64,000 nt of DNA, from the NCBI GenBank assembly GCA_026417515.1, contig JAOADC010000061.1, positions 18,074-82,073 on the forward strand, written 5' to 3'. Of this stretch, positions 19,420 through 28,857 are shown in pieces (the stretch's first letter is position 1; the number at the start of each line of letters is the position of its first letter). The notes beneath the pieces were generated by a model that did no database searches, was not told the DNA's origin, and worked only from the letters and a program-made list of their open reading frames with translations. Origin of the DNA: Actinomycetota bacterium. Its GTDB lineage: Bacteria; Actinomycetota; Aquicultoria; SKW223. The position numbers and the translations under genes are program-made.

Positions 19420-20440
19420 GCTCCTAATTAAAATTACAATCCTAATTGCAGTTATAGCTCTTTCTCTCTTCTACTTCTTTGCTAATTTTGAAACCACACA
19501 GAAAATTAAGGACCCACAAATTAAAGGTGTAAAAGTAAATTCGCTAATAAGGCTTGCCATAAATACCGGCGAATTGAAAGAGATCCATGATGCTGGATTT
19601 AATACCATCGTAATTACTCCAAAGGGCTACCTTATAATGGGCAAGATCTATAAACTACCTCTTGTTTCAAGCCTGGTTGGTTTTATTACTAAAAAAGCAC
19701 ACAAAGAAGGTCTGAAAGTCTGTGTACAGCCTGAGGTTATAATTCTTTACAACGAATCAAAGCAACTTAAAAAGAGACTTGAGAAAGATTTTTTATTGAG
19801 CTACTACCAAAATTGGGGTCAGTATCTAAATAAGATAAATGCAGAATACTTATTGATTCCATCGACATCGATTGAAATGATTCCTGAAAACGATAGGAAT
19901 ACCTGGCTTATAGAAACACTAAAAGAAACAAAAACTTACTACAATGGAAAAATAGGTTTTCTTCTTTCAAATATTTTTAATTCCAGAAGCAAGAATTCCT
20001 GCGAGGTTGATCTTCTCTGCTTAAAAGGAAATTTGGTTGGTAAAACAGCCAAACTTGCTATTCCTGAAGTAAAAGGCTATGACTTTGTGGTTTTTGAACT
20101 ATTTCCACCCATTGAAGCAAAGAACATTGGTCTCTTCTTCGTAGATTTAAACACCATAGATAGACTCATAAACAGATATGCTTTAAGAACTGGATTTGGT
20201 GAAGTTGTATATGCTGGCCTAAACCTGCCTGTCGACCCAGAAGCTTCTAAGTCTTTTAAGACGCTCGTGGTTACAGAAGAGGAAAGGGAAGTATATCTTG
20301 AAAAAATGATGAAATTCATAAACGAGAATTCGTCTGATTTTATTATTTATGATTGGGATTCAAGATCCTTAGGAATATCAGATAAAAAGATACTCTCGAT
20401 TCTTGGAGGGAAAAAGAAAGATGGCGCTAAAACAAACTAG
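19400..20440 (+). CDS. hypothetical membrane-anchored protein
   Basis: ATG at 19400 (MARKIVKLL). One N-terminal TM, then about 320 aa of soluble domain with no recognisable motif. Confidence 0.45.
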   Translation: MARKIVKLLIKITILIAVIALSLFYFFANFETTQKIKDPQIKGVKVNSLIRLAINTGELKEIHDAGFNTIVITPKGYLIMGKIYKLPLVSSLVGFITKKAHKEGLKVCVQPEVIILYNESKQLKKRLEKDFLLSYYQNWGQYLNKINAEYLLIPSTSIEMIPENDRNTWLIETLKETKTYYNGKIGFLLSNIFNSRSKNSCEVDLLCLKGNLVGKTAKLAIPEVKGYDFVVFELFPPIEAKNIGLFFVDLNTIDRLINRYALRTGFGEVVYAGLNLPVDPEASKSFKTLVVTEEEREVYLEKMMKFINENSSDFIIYDWDSRSLGISDKKILSILGGKKKDGAKTN

Positions 20441-20834
20441 GATTTCAGTAAAAACTGAAAAAGGTCCTTATTTCGTTGATATAACTGAGTTAGTACAGAA
20501 AGAAGTTAGAGACTATACGAACGAAAAAGGTATTGTAAATCTTTTCTTGACTGGCACAACAGCATCACTTTTTATAAACGAAAACGAACAAAACCTTTTA
20601 AGAGATATAAATAACCTGTTCTCAAGTATTGTTCCACAGGGCTCCTGGAATCATGATAAGCTCTCGTTTGAATCAAACGCCCATGCTCATTTAAGAAACA
20701 TAATAACGAATTCTTCAATTAGCATACCATTTGATAACGGTAAAATTCTCCTTGGTACCTGGCAACGTATCTTCCTTGCTGAGTGGGACACAAGAAACAG
20801 AACAAGAGAAATAATTGTAACGATAATCTTTTAG
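20421..20834 (+). CDS. yjbQ: YjbQ/UPF0047-family protein (secondary thiamine-phosphate synthase-type)
   Basis: ATG at 20421 with a GGAGGG RBS. Family features HTTASLFINENE and a conserved Trp/Arg tail. Confidence 0.8.
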   Translation: MALKQTRISVKTEKGPYFVDITELVQKEVRDYTNEKGIVNLFLTGTTASLFINENEQNLLRDINNLFSSIVPQGSWNHDKLSFESNAHAHLRNIITNSSISIPFDNGKILLGTWQRIFLAEWDTRNRTREIIVTIIF

Positions 20835-20848
20835 GGGAGGGTTCCTTC

Positions 20849-21622
20849 TTGATCGCAATAATAGGTGGGTCTGGATTTTCCAAATCTGGCTTGAACCAAA
20901 ATATGGAGAGGATTGAAGTCCCAACTGAGTACGGAAAGGTTGATGTCTTTACTGTTGAAATAGAAAATAAGCAACTATATTTCTTGCCAAGACATGGACT
21001 TGGACATTCATACCCGCCGCATCTGATACCTTATAAAGCAAACATTCAAGCATTAAAAAACTTAGGTATTGAACGAATTTTTGCAACAAGCGCTGTTGGC
21101 TCCCTGAACGAAAACCTTGAACCAGGAAGAATCGTCATTCCTGATCAGTTTATTGATTTTACAAAGAATCGAGACCATTCTTTCAGCAAAGTCGGTAAGG
21201 TCTATCACCTGGATTTTACAGAACCTTTTTGTTCTGAAATGGCAGAGAGCGTTCTTAAGGCATCATCAATGATTGGATTGAATGTTAAGTCCGGAGCCAC
21301 CTATGTTGTTACTGAAGGTCCACGTTTCGAAACACCAGCAGAGATAAACGCCTACAGAATTCTTGGTGGCGATCTTGTAGGAATGACATTGGTACCAGAA
21401 TGCGTTCTTGCGCGTGAATTGGGAATGTGTTATCTGACCATAAGCATTGTTACAAATCTAGCAGCTGGTATTAAGGGCGAAAGGTTAACCGCTGTTGAAG
21501 TCGAGGAAATGATGAAAGTGAAGCAAGATGAGGTATTAAACCTTATTTATAAGGCAATAACTTTGTTGCCCGAAAAAAGAAAATGCCACTGTTCCAGTGC
21601 TTTTGAAGGCGCCGAAATCTAA
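20849..21622 (+). CDS. mtnP: S-methyl-5'-thioadenosine phosphorylase, purine nucleoside phosphorylase family
   Basis: TTG at 20849 after a GGGGAGGG RBS. N-terminus LIAIIGGSG; PNP/MTAP-family fold. Confidence 0.85.
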   Translation: MIAIIGGSGFSKSGLNQNMERIEVPTEYGKVDVFTVEIENKQLYFLPRHGLGHSYPPHLIPYKANIQALKNLGIERIFATSAVGSLNENLEPGRIVIPDQFIDFTKNRDHSFSKVGKVYHLDFTEPFCSEMAESVLKASSMIGLNVKSGATYVVTEGPRFETPAEINAYRILGGDLVGMTLVPECVLARELGMCYLTISIVTNLAAGIKGERLTAVEVEEMMKVKQDEVLNLIYKAITLLPEKRKCHCSSAFEGAEI

Positions 21623-22953
21623 CTTTTGCTTATTTTTTCAATGTATTTATCTGAGATAGACTTTAATTCTTTTAAATCAACATTTACAAGTTTGCCTTCA
21701 AAAACAACAGGTTTACCATTTACATAGACATATTCAATATCGCTATCCTTAACAGCATAGATGAGGTGCGAGATATAGTCAAAGCAAGGATAGAGATGCG
21801 GTCTTTCAAAGTTAACTAGGATAAAATCAGCGTCTTTCCCCTTTTCCAGAGAACCGATTCTATGTTCCATCTTTACTGCTTTGGCTCCTAATAGTGTTGC
21901 CATAAGAAAAGCTTGTTTTGCACTTACAAAAGTGGGTTCTTTATTGGCAATCTTATGCAGTAAAGATGCTGTCTGGGCTTCTCCAAGCACACTCAATCTG
22001 TTATTTGAACTGGCACCATCTGTCCCAAGACCGACCGAAACGCCAATATCAAGAAGCCTTGGCACAGGACAAATACCTGTCGCGAGCTTCATATTTGATC
22101 GTGGATTATGCGCCACACCCACATTGTTTTTTGCTAAGATTTCGTAATCGCTTTCATCCAGCCAGTTAACATGTGCAGCGATAACATTTCTATTCGAAAA
22201 GAAACCTAGATCATCAAGATACTTTATTGAAGAACGATTCTTTTCGTTCAAAAACTTTTCAAGTTCCCACTTCTCTTCAGCAAGATGAATATGGATAGGA
22301 ACGCCGTATTTGCTGGATAACTCCAATGATCGTTTTAACGTTTCTTCAGAAGTCGTGTAAGGTGCATGTGGAGCAACCATTGGAAAAATAGAGTCGTCAT
22401 TGAGAAATTTTTCAATCAAGTTTATCGTTCTCTCAAATGCATGTTCCACTGTTGGAGATGTTGGGGTAGGAAATTCTAGAATCCCTTCACCAATCTGAGC
22501 CTTGATACCCACCTTTCTTGCTGCTTCAGCAACCATTTCCATTGCAAAATACATATCTGAAAAAAAGGTCACTCCACATAGAGCCATCTCAGCAATACCA
22601 ATGAGAGATCCTTCGTAAACAAATTCAGGATTCACAAGTTTGCCTTCAAGTGGCCAGATATGATTTTCCAACCATTCCTTCAATGGCAAATCGTCAGCAA
22701 GTCCTCGAAACAAAACCATTGGCGAATGTGTATGGGCGTTTATGAAGCCAGGAAAGATAACATGATTTGGGAAAGAATGAAATTCCTTACCTCTGTATGG
22801 ATAATCAGTGCTTGCATCTCCTACATCAATAATTTTGCCATCTTTAATTGCGATGAAGCCTGGCTCATAAACAGCGATATCTCCATAAGAATTTCCTGTG
22901 ACAACTGCTCTGGCTCTGACTACAAGGTCAACCTTTGAAACATTCGCTTCCAT
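21619..22953 (-). CDS. mtaD: 5-methylthioadenosine/S-adenosylhomocysteine deaminase, amidohydrolase superfamily
   Basis: Metal-binding FINAHTHSPM, HxH and a downstream Asp, as in MtaD/chlorohydrolase-type proteins. Confidence 0.85.
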   Translation of the reverse strand: MEANVSKVDLVVRARAVVTGNSYGDIAVYEPGFIAIKDGKIIDVGDASTDYPYRGKEFHSFPNHVIFPGFINAHTHSPMVLFRGLADDLPLKEWLENHIWPLEGKLVNPEFVYEGSLIGIAEMALCGVTFFSDMYFAMEMVAEAARKVGIKAQIGEGILEFPTPTSPTVEHAFERTINLIEKFLNDDSIFPMVAPHAPYTTSEETLKRSLELSSKYGVPIHIHLAEEKWELEKFLNEKNRSSIKYLDDLGFFSNRNVIAAHVNWLDESDYEILAKNNVGVAHNPRSNMKLATGICPVPRLLDIGVSVGLGTDGASSNNRLSVLGEAQTASLLHKIANKEPTFVSAKQAFLMATLLGAKAVKMEHRIGSLEKGKDADFILVNFERPHLYPCFDYISHLIYAVKDSDIEYVYVNGKPVVFEGKLVNVDLKELKSISDKYIEKISKS

Positions 22954-23007
22954 ATGATCCTCCCATACTTTTATTTTTCTATTTTAAGTTTAGAATATCG
23001 TATTGCT

Positions 23008-26000
23008 ATGTATTTAAAAACTCTCAAAATCAAAGGATTCAAATCTTTTGGAAAATCAGTGACTTTAAACTTTTCAAGAGGTCTTTCAGTCATCGTTGGT
23101 CCAAACGGAACAGGTAAAAGCAATATAGTTGATGCTATATTGTGGGTTTTAGGAGAACAGAACCCACGATTTTTACGTGGTCAGACGATGCAGGACATCA
23201 TATTTTCTGGCTCAGAAAATCTTCAGCCATCCCCCAATGCTGAAGTAACCCTTATTTTTGATAATTCAGACTCATCCTTGCCCGTGGACGCTCCAGAGGT
23301 ATCAATAAAAAGAGTTGTTTCGAGAGACGGTACAAGCAATTACTTCATAAATGAAAAACCCTGCAGACTTCTCGATATTCGAGAGTTGTTGTCGCATCTT
23401 AATCTGGGGACAGAACTGCCAGGTATCGTTCCTCAGAACCGAATTTATGAACTTATCAATCCTCATTCTTCTGATTTAAAGGCAATCATTGAAGAATCAA
23501 GCGGCGTAAGTTACTACAGGATGAGAAGAGAGAATGCAGTTAGAAAGTTGAGGTCGGCTGAAGACAAATTGGAGAAAATCCGGCTGCTTCAAAATGAAAT
23601 TTCTCTGCAATTAAAACCACTTAAGAAGCAGGCTGAGGATTATAAAAGAGTGGTCCAGTTAAAGTCGGCCCTTGAAGCCCAGACAGTTAAGAAAATGCTT
23701 GCTGAATTAAATGAAAACAGAGAAGTTTATGAAAAAATCAATGAGGAAATTTCTGCACTCGAAGGCGAGCTGGATAAATTAGATTCTGAGATAGAAAACC
23801 TTGAGGAAAAAAGAAAACTTCTTGAAGGAGCATTAAGAAAGGACTCAAGTGCAATTTCTCATATTGAAAAGGTACAAAAACTAAAGGATTTTAGGTCTAA
23901 TTTCGAATTCATAAGACTGCTCGTTGAAGAAAAGGCAAGAAATACATTAGAAAAGATATCAAATCAACGTCAGTTGATAACATCGTTGAATGCTGAAATC
24001 TCAAATCTTCAAAACAAACTTAAAGAAATTGAAAAGAATTTAGAAAATCAAACGAGCAAGATGAGTGATTTAGAAGACGAAAGAAACCTGCTTTTAAACG
24101 ATATTGCTTTGCTGGAAAAGGATGAACGATCTTTAATTGATAAGATAAGACAACTACAAGGCGAAATTCAAAATAATAGAAACTTCCTTACAGAAATGTT
24201 AAGAAAAATTGAAGTTTTTGATAGGGAAGTACAATCTCTGTCAGCTGAAAAGCAGAGACTTTTAAAAAGAGGTAAGAAAATAGATGAAGATTTTAAAAAG
24301 ATGAATCTTGAGCTTTCTCAAAAAATTAATGAGAGCAAAGAATTGGAAATTCAAGAAGAAAAATTGAAGAATTCTTTTAACGAGGCAAAGAAAAAGTTAA
24401 GCCTACTTAAAGATGAAAAAGTGCAACTTCAAGGAGAATACGATAGCCTTAAGCGCTCTTCTAAAACTCTGAACGAGGAAATCGCAAAGGCTGAAGGGGC
24501 AATAAAAACCTTCAACGCGGATTACTCAAAAGTGGAGGATTTTATTAAATTAGAAGAAAATGATATCGAACTTTTAAACAATGTCCTTCCTCACAAGCAG
24601 CCACTTTTCGTGATTTTTGAAGAAGATCTGGTTGCAAAGAAAAATTTTCCTGCCCAGTTTGTTTTGGTAAATCATAATGATTTAAAAGAAAAGATTGAAA
24701 GTTTGCTCAAAGAACTTAAAAAACAGTTTTCTCTTCTACCTAAAAGCTTTAGTAAAAACTATGGTTTTTTCTACCATCCAGCAGGCTTTTACTATCAATG
24801 CTCGAGTGAAGATGGCTATTACGGTTTGAAAATAAAGTTGAACGAATTGAAGAGAAGCGCTGAAGAAACAGCAACAAAGATTTCAGAGATAGAAGAAAAA
24901 ATCAGGAAGAAGGAAAAAGAAGAAGCAGTCGCAGAAAATCTTTTAAATTCAATAGAAAAGGATATTGAAGATATCAGAAAAAGACTTAGCAGGCTAAGGG
25001 TTGATATAAAAGTTATTAAGGAAAAGCAGGATTTTTATCTGAAGGAAATAAAAGATATTGAGGAAAGAAAGCAACGTCTGGAAGCAAACATAGAACAATC
25101 ATTAGAACGGAAAAAGGAACTTTCAGCGAAATTAGATTCTTTAAAGGAAAATCTTACAAAATTGGAAAGAGAAAAGAATAAATACGAAAACGAATTAAGA
25201 ATCCTTAGATCAGACATCCTTAAGAAAAGAGAGAAATTAAAAGAAATAGAACTTCACGCAAGACATCTCAAGATGGATATTGAATTCTCTGAAAAGGAAG
25301 CATCAGGTTTAAGAAAAAGACTCAATGAGTCAATTGTTCTTCAGAGCACAGGGTCTGAAGGTATTAAATATTTCGAATCAAGGCTCACCCTGCTAAACAG
25401 GGTCCATAGATTGATTGAAGAGTATTTGGAAACCATAAAAATTCTTTTGTCAGCAAACTCCTATCTTTCAACCTACGAAGAAGCGATAAAGAAACACACA
25501 AAGGAAATCAATGAACTTGTGGAATTAATAAGCAAATCCTATGATAGAAGGAGCAGATTAAATTCAAGGTTAGAAATATTAAAAAGCCAGTCATCTGAAA
25601 GGCTAAAGCGTATTGAAGAGTTGGTAAGAGCACTTGAAGAAACCACTGGAAAGCCGATTGACCGAATTATTGATACCTATACAGTTGAAGCAAGTGCTCT
25701 GGAGTATGAGAAGGAAATCAAAAAACTGACAGCGAAATTGCAGGAAATAGGTGAGTACAACCCTTTCGCAATAAGAGATTACGAAGCACTGAAAGAACGT
25801 TTAGAGAAACTTAAAGAACAGGCTTCAGATATAAGAAATGCAATGAAAAATATCAACGCCATTATTGAAGAAGTCGACAGGAAAATATTGGATTCTTTCA
25901 GGTCTTCCTTTGTAAGACTCAACGAAAACTTTTCACGGATTTATAGTGAGCTGACTAATGGTTACAGTGCATATATAAAAGTTGATAATGAAAATAATAT

Positions 26001-26361
26001 AAGCGAATCAAGTTTTAATATCCATGTAAGCCAGCCAGGTAAAAATCTTAGAAGCATAAATTTGCTTTCAGGTGGGGAAAAATCCTTAGCTTCCCTGGCA
26101 CTTATTCTAGCACTTGAAGAAACTTTTAACATTCCTTTCATGGTCCTAGATGAAGTTGAACCAGCGCTTGATGAAGTGAATCTTCAGAGATTGATTTCAT
26201 ACCTTAAGAAAACTGCAAGTAAAACCCAGATAATTATGGTTACTCATCAGCCACTTACTGTTGAAGCAGCAGATGTGATATATGGTGTCACTGTTGATAA
26301 AGATGGAAGTAGCCGCATTTACAGTCTGAAAGTAGATAGATTGGAGGTATATGATGCTTAA
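23008..26361 (+). CDS. smc: chromosome segregation protein SMC
   Basis: ATG at 23008 (MYLKTLKIKGFKSF...GPNGTGKSN). Long coiled coils and a C-terminal LSGGEKSLASLAL signature with DEVEPALD. Confidence 0.95.
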   Translation: MYLKTLKIKGFKSFGKSVTLNFSRGLSVIVGPNGTGKSNIVDAILWVLGEQNPRFLRGQTMQDIIFSGSENLQPSPNAEVTLIFDNSDSSLPVDAPEVSIKRVVSRDGTSNYFINEKPCRLLDIRELLSHLNLGTELPGIVPQNRIYELINPHSSDLKAIIEESSGVSYYRMRRENAVRKLRSAEDKLEKIRLLQNEISLQLKPLKKQAEDYKRVVQLKSALEAQTVKKMLAELNENREVYEKINEEISALEGELDKLDSEIENLEEKRKLLEGALRKDSSAISHIEKVQKLKDFRSNFEFIRLLVEEKARNTLEKISNQRQLITSLNAEISNLQNKLKEIEKNLENQTSKMSDLEDERNLLLNDIALLEKDERSLIDKIRQLQGEIQNNRNFLTEMLRKIEVFDREVQSLSAEKQRLLKRGKKIDEDFKKMNLELSQKINESKELEIQEEKLKNSFNEAKKKLSLLKDEKVQLQGEYDSLKRSSKTLNEEIAKAEGAIKTFNADYSKVEDFIKLEENDIELLNNVLPHKQPLFVIFEEDLVAKKNFPAQFVLVNHNDLKEKIESLLKELKKQFSLLPKSFSKNYGFFYHPAGFYYQCSSEDGYYGLKIKLNELKRSAEETATKISEIEEKIRKKEKEEAVAENLLNSIEKDIEDIRKRLSRLRVDIKVIKEKQDFYLKEIKDIEERKQRLEANIEQSLERKKELSAKLDSLKENLTKLEREKNKYENELRILRSDILKKREKLKEIELHARHLKMDIEFSEKEASGLRKRLNESIVLQSTGSEGIKYFESRLTLLNRVHRLIEEYLETIKILLSANSYLSTYEEAIKKHTKEINELVELISKSYDRRSRLNSRLEILKSQSSERLKRIEELVRALEETTGKPIDRIIDTYTVEASALEYEKEIKKLTAKLQEIGEYNPFAIRDYEALKERLEKLKEQASDIRNAMKNINAIIEEVDRKILDSFRSSFVRLNENFSRIYSELTNGYSAYIKVDNENNISESSFNIHVSQPGKNLRSINLLSGGEKSLASLALILALEETFNIPFMVLDEVEPALDEVNLQRLISYLKKTASKTQIIMVTHQPLTVEAADVIYGVTVDKDGSSRIYSLKVDRLEVYDA

Positions 26362-27250
26362 TTTTGAAAAGAAAGGAATCTTTGAAAGAGCCCTCATAAA
26401 AACCAAACAGAAATTACTTGGTTTCATATCATCAACAAAGTTTGATTTTGAAGATCTTGAAGAGATGCTGATACTTGCTGATCTTCCAATCGAATTTGTT
26501 GAGGAAGTAGTTGAGAATGCGAGAGCCAACTTTGTAAGGGCTTCTGATGCTATTCCTTACCTTAAGAAAAAACTGATTGAAGAGTTGGAAAGCAATGGAA
26601 AGTTTACTCTTGAGTTAGATAAGCCAAATATTCTTATTCTTACTGGTGTTAATGGCGCAGGAAAGACAACAACAGCAGCAAAACTTGCCAATTATTACAA
26701 GAAAAAGAATTTGAAGGTTCTTCTTGCTGCTGCTGATACATTCAGAGCAGCAGGATCAGAGCAGCTGGAGGTCTGGGCTGAAAGAATAGGTGTTTCTATT
26801 GTCTCGCAACAAAGAGGAGCTGACCCTGCTTCAGTTGTTTTTGATGCTACTAAGAGCACTCTTGCTCGTGGTTACGATATTATGATTGCAGATAGCGCTG
26901 GTAGACTTCACACGAAATCAAACCTTATGTCAGAAATGAAAAAGATAGTCGAGGCTGCAAAAAAAGCATCTGAGGGAGTGGCTTCGGTCAAAAGTCTCCT
27001 TGTTATAGATGCAAATTTTGGGACGAACGTGCTTAACCAGGTTTCAGCATTCAGTGAAGCTGCTGAAGTGAACTTTCTTATTGGGACAAAACTTGATAGT
27101 TCATCTAAGGCAGGTTCGCTGATTTCTGCATCCATCATCTTAGAAAAACCAATCGCCTTTGTTGGCACAGGCGAAAATATAGACGATATCGAAGAATTCG
27201 ATGCTGAGTCTTTTGTTGAAGCACTTTTTGAAGGAGTAGCAGAGAATTGA
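26351..27250 (+). CDS. ftsY: SRP receptor FtsY, short NG-domain form
   Basis: GVNGAGKTTTAAKLA, DTFRAA, DSAGR and TKLDSSSKAG motifs. Confidence 0.95.
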   Translation: MMLNFEKKGIFERALIKTKQKLLGFISSTKFDFEDLEEMLILADLPIEFVEEVVENARANFVRASDAIPYLKKKLIEELESNGKFTLELDKPNILILTGVNGAGKTTTAAKLANYYKKKNLKVLLAAADTFRAAGSEQLEVWAERIGVSIVSQQRGADPASVVFDATKSTLARGYDIMIADSAGRLHTKSNLMSEMKKIVEAAKKASEGVASVKSLLVIDANFGTNVLNQVSAFSEAAEVNFLIGTKLDSSSKAGSLISASIILEKPIAFVGTGENIDDIEEFDAESFVEALFEGVAEN

Positions 27251-28353
27251 GATTGCTGAAGAAGGTAGCAACTGTATCAAAAATCGTCAAACAAAACAGT
27301 TATTATCAGATTGTACAGGTAAAAGAAACAGAATTTCCAGCCATTTCCTTTATTCAGTTTGTTGGTTCTTTAAGTAAGGGTGATAAGGTAATTCTTAATA
27401 CGACAGCAACAGAATTAAATCTCGGTACAGGTGGATATGATTTTGTTATAGCAAAGATTGGTGAGGGCTGTCTTTCCTTTGAAGATGAAAAAGAAAGCCA
27501 CATAATGAAGTTAAATTACACACCACTTCAGTTCTCAACAACTTTCATTGAAGAATCTGAAGAATACGATGAAGCATTAAGAATTTTTGAAGAAAAAGGA
27601 AGAATAGATGCTCCAGTCTTTGTTCTCACCATTCACTCACATATTTTACCGCTATTGATCGGTTTAAATAGATCTATAAACGATGCAAGGGTTACGTTAA
27701 TAATTGATGATTCTGCCTGTCTTCCTGCTTATATGAGCCAGACTCTTGATTACTGCGTAAAGAATAATCTGGTTTATGATGTCATAACTTCTGGAAACTC
27801 CTTTGGTGGAAAAAAAGAAGCAACAAACTGTTTATCAGCGATGATTTATGCCAGTTTTGCAAATAAATCAAAGGTCATTGTTGTTTCACCAGGATTTGGC
27901 ATAAAGGGTTCTGGAAAAAAATTTGGAAGTTCTGCCATAAGAGCTTTAGAATCACTTTCCTATGCAGAATCGCTTAAAGCACCTGCTTTTCTTGTGCCAA
28001 GAATCTCTTTTGCTGAGAAAAGAGATAGGCACTATGGCATTTCACACCATACTGCTGAGATTGCTTATTTAAAAGGTTCTGGCTTCTTCATTCCTTTACC
28101 AGAGTTCGTACACAACGACGACCTGAACGAATATATTAGAAGACAGTTAAGGAAAGTTGAATCTCTTCTAATTGACTTTAAAGTTCAAACTGATTTGCTC
28201 TCAGACTTACGCGAACACAGCAACTATTTAAGATCGATGGGTAGGGGGATTGAAGACGATCCTTTCTTCTTTCTTACTCCTTATTCAATTGGTTTAAACT
28301 TTGGAGTGGTTATGGATGAGGCTAAAAGAAAGAAAGATAATATATCAGGGTAG
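27247..28353 (+). CDS. conserved hypothetical protein, possibly DUF3866-like
   Basis: TTG start overlapping the ftsY stop (TTGA). 368 aa, soluble, with Gly-rich segments (NLGTGGYDF, VVSPGFGIKGSGKKFG). Confidence 0.35.
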   Translation: MRLLKKVATVSKIVKQNSYYQIVQVKETEFPAISFIQFVGSLSKGDKVILNTTATELNLGTGGYDFVIAKIGEGCLSFEDEKESHIMKLNYTPLQFSTTFIEESEEYDEALRIFEEKGRIDAPVFVLTIHSHILPLLIGLNRSINDARVTLIIDDSACLPAYMSQTLDYCVKNNLVYDVITSGNSFGGKKEATNCLSAMIYASFANKSKVIVVSPGFGIKGSGKKFGSSAIRALESLSYAESLKAPAFLVPRISFAEKRDRHYGISHHTAEIAYLKGSGFFIPLPEFVHNDDLNEYIRRQLRKVESLLIDFKVQTDLLSDLREHSNYLRSMGRGIEDDPFFFLTPYSIGLNFGVVMDEAKRKKDNISG

Positions 28354-28846
28354 AATAATTTCTTTATATGAGGAAATATGGACAAATGAGAACAAGATCT
28401 TCAATAGAGAGATTGTTGTCCACCAGGGTGCGGCCTGCGCTCTTCCATACAGCGAAGACACTGTCTATCTTGTTAGACAGTTCAGAGCGCCTTTAAGATG
28501 CGAATTACTTGAGATACCTGCAGGATTGATTGAACCAGGAGAAAATCCTGAAAATACTGCTCTCAGGGAAACTGAAGAAGAAACAGGACACCCTGTCATA
28601 GAACTATTTAAAGCAGCAGAAATTTATTCCTCACCTGGATTCAGCAACGAAGTAATTCACATTTATTTTGCTAAGGTGTCTCCAGAAGTCAAGTATGATC
28701 GGTTTCTCGATGAGGACGAATTCATTGAAGTTGCTGCTTTCAAGTTCGATGAATTTTTTAGGCTTGCTTCTTCTGGTTTAATTAAGGATGGTAAAACTTT
28801 GCTTGCTTCTCTTCTTTTCAAGGAATATTTATCTAAAAAAGAGTAG
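28316..28846 (+). CDS. NUDIX hydrolase, ADP-ribose pyrophosphatase-like
   Basis: Nudix box GLIEPGENPENTALRETEEETG. Confidence 0.85.
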   Translation: MRLKERKIIYQGRIISLYEEIWTNENKIFNREIVVHQGAACALPYSEDTVYLVRQFRAPLRCELLEIPAGLIEPGENPENTALRETEEETGHPVIELFKAAEIYSSPGFSNEVIHIYFAKVSPEVKYDRFLDEDEFIEVAAFKFDEFFRLASSGLIKDGKTLLASLLFKEYLSKKE

Positions 28847-28857
28847 GTGCTTATTTC

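Noticed and set aside
23008-26361. Internal repeats in the long ORF, considered as a possible repeat element
   Set aside because: The periodicity is the heptad-rich E/K/L coiled coil of SMC arms. The N-terminal Walker A and C-terminal signature/D-loop confirm a single SMC gene.
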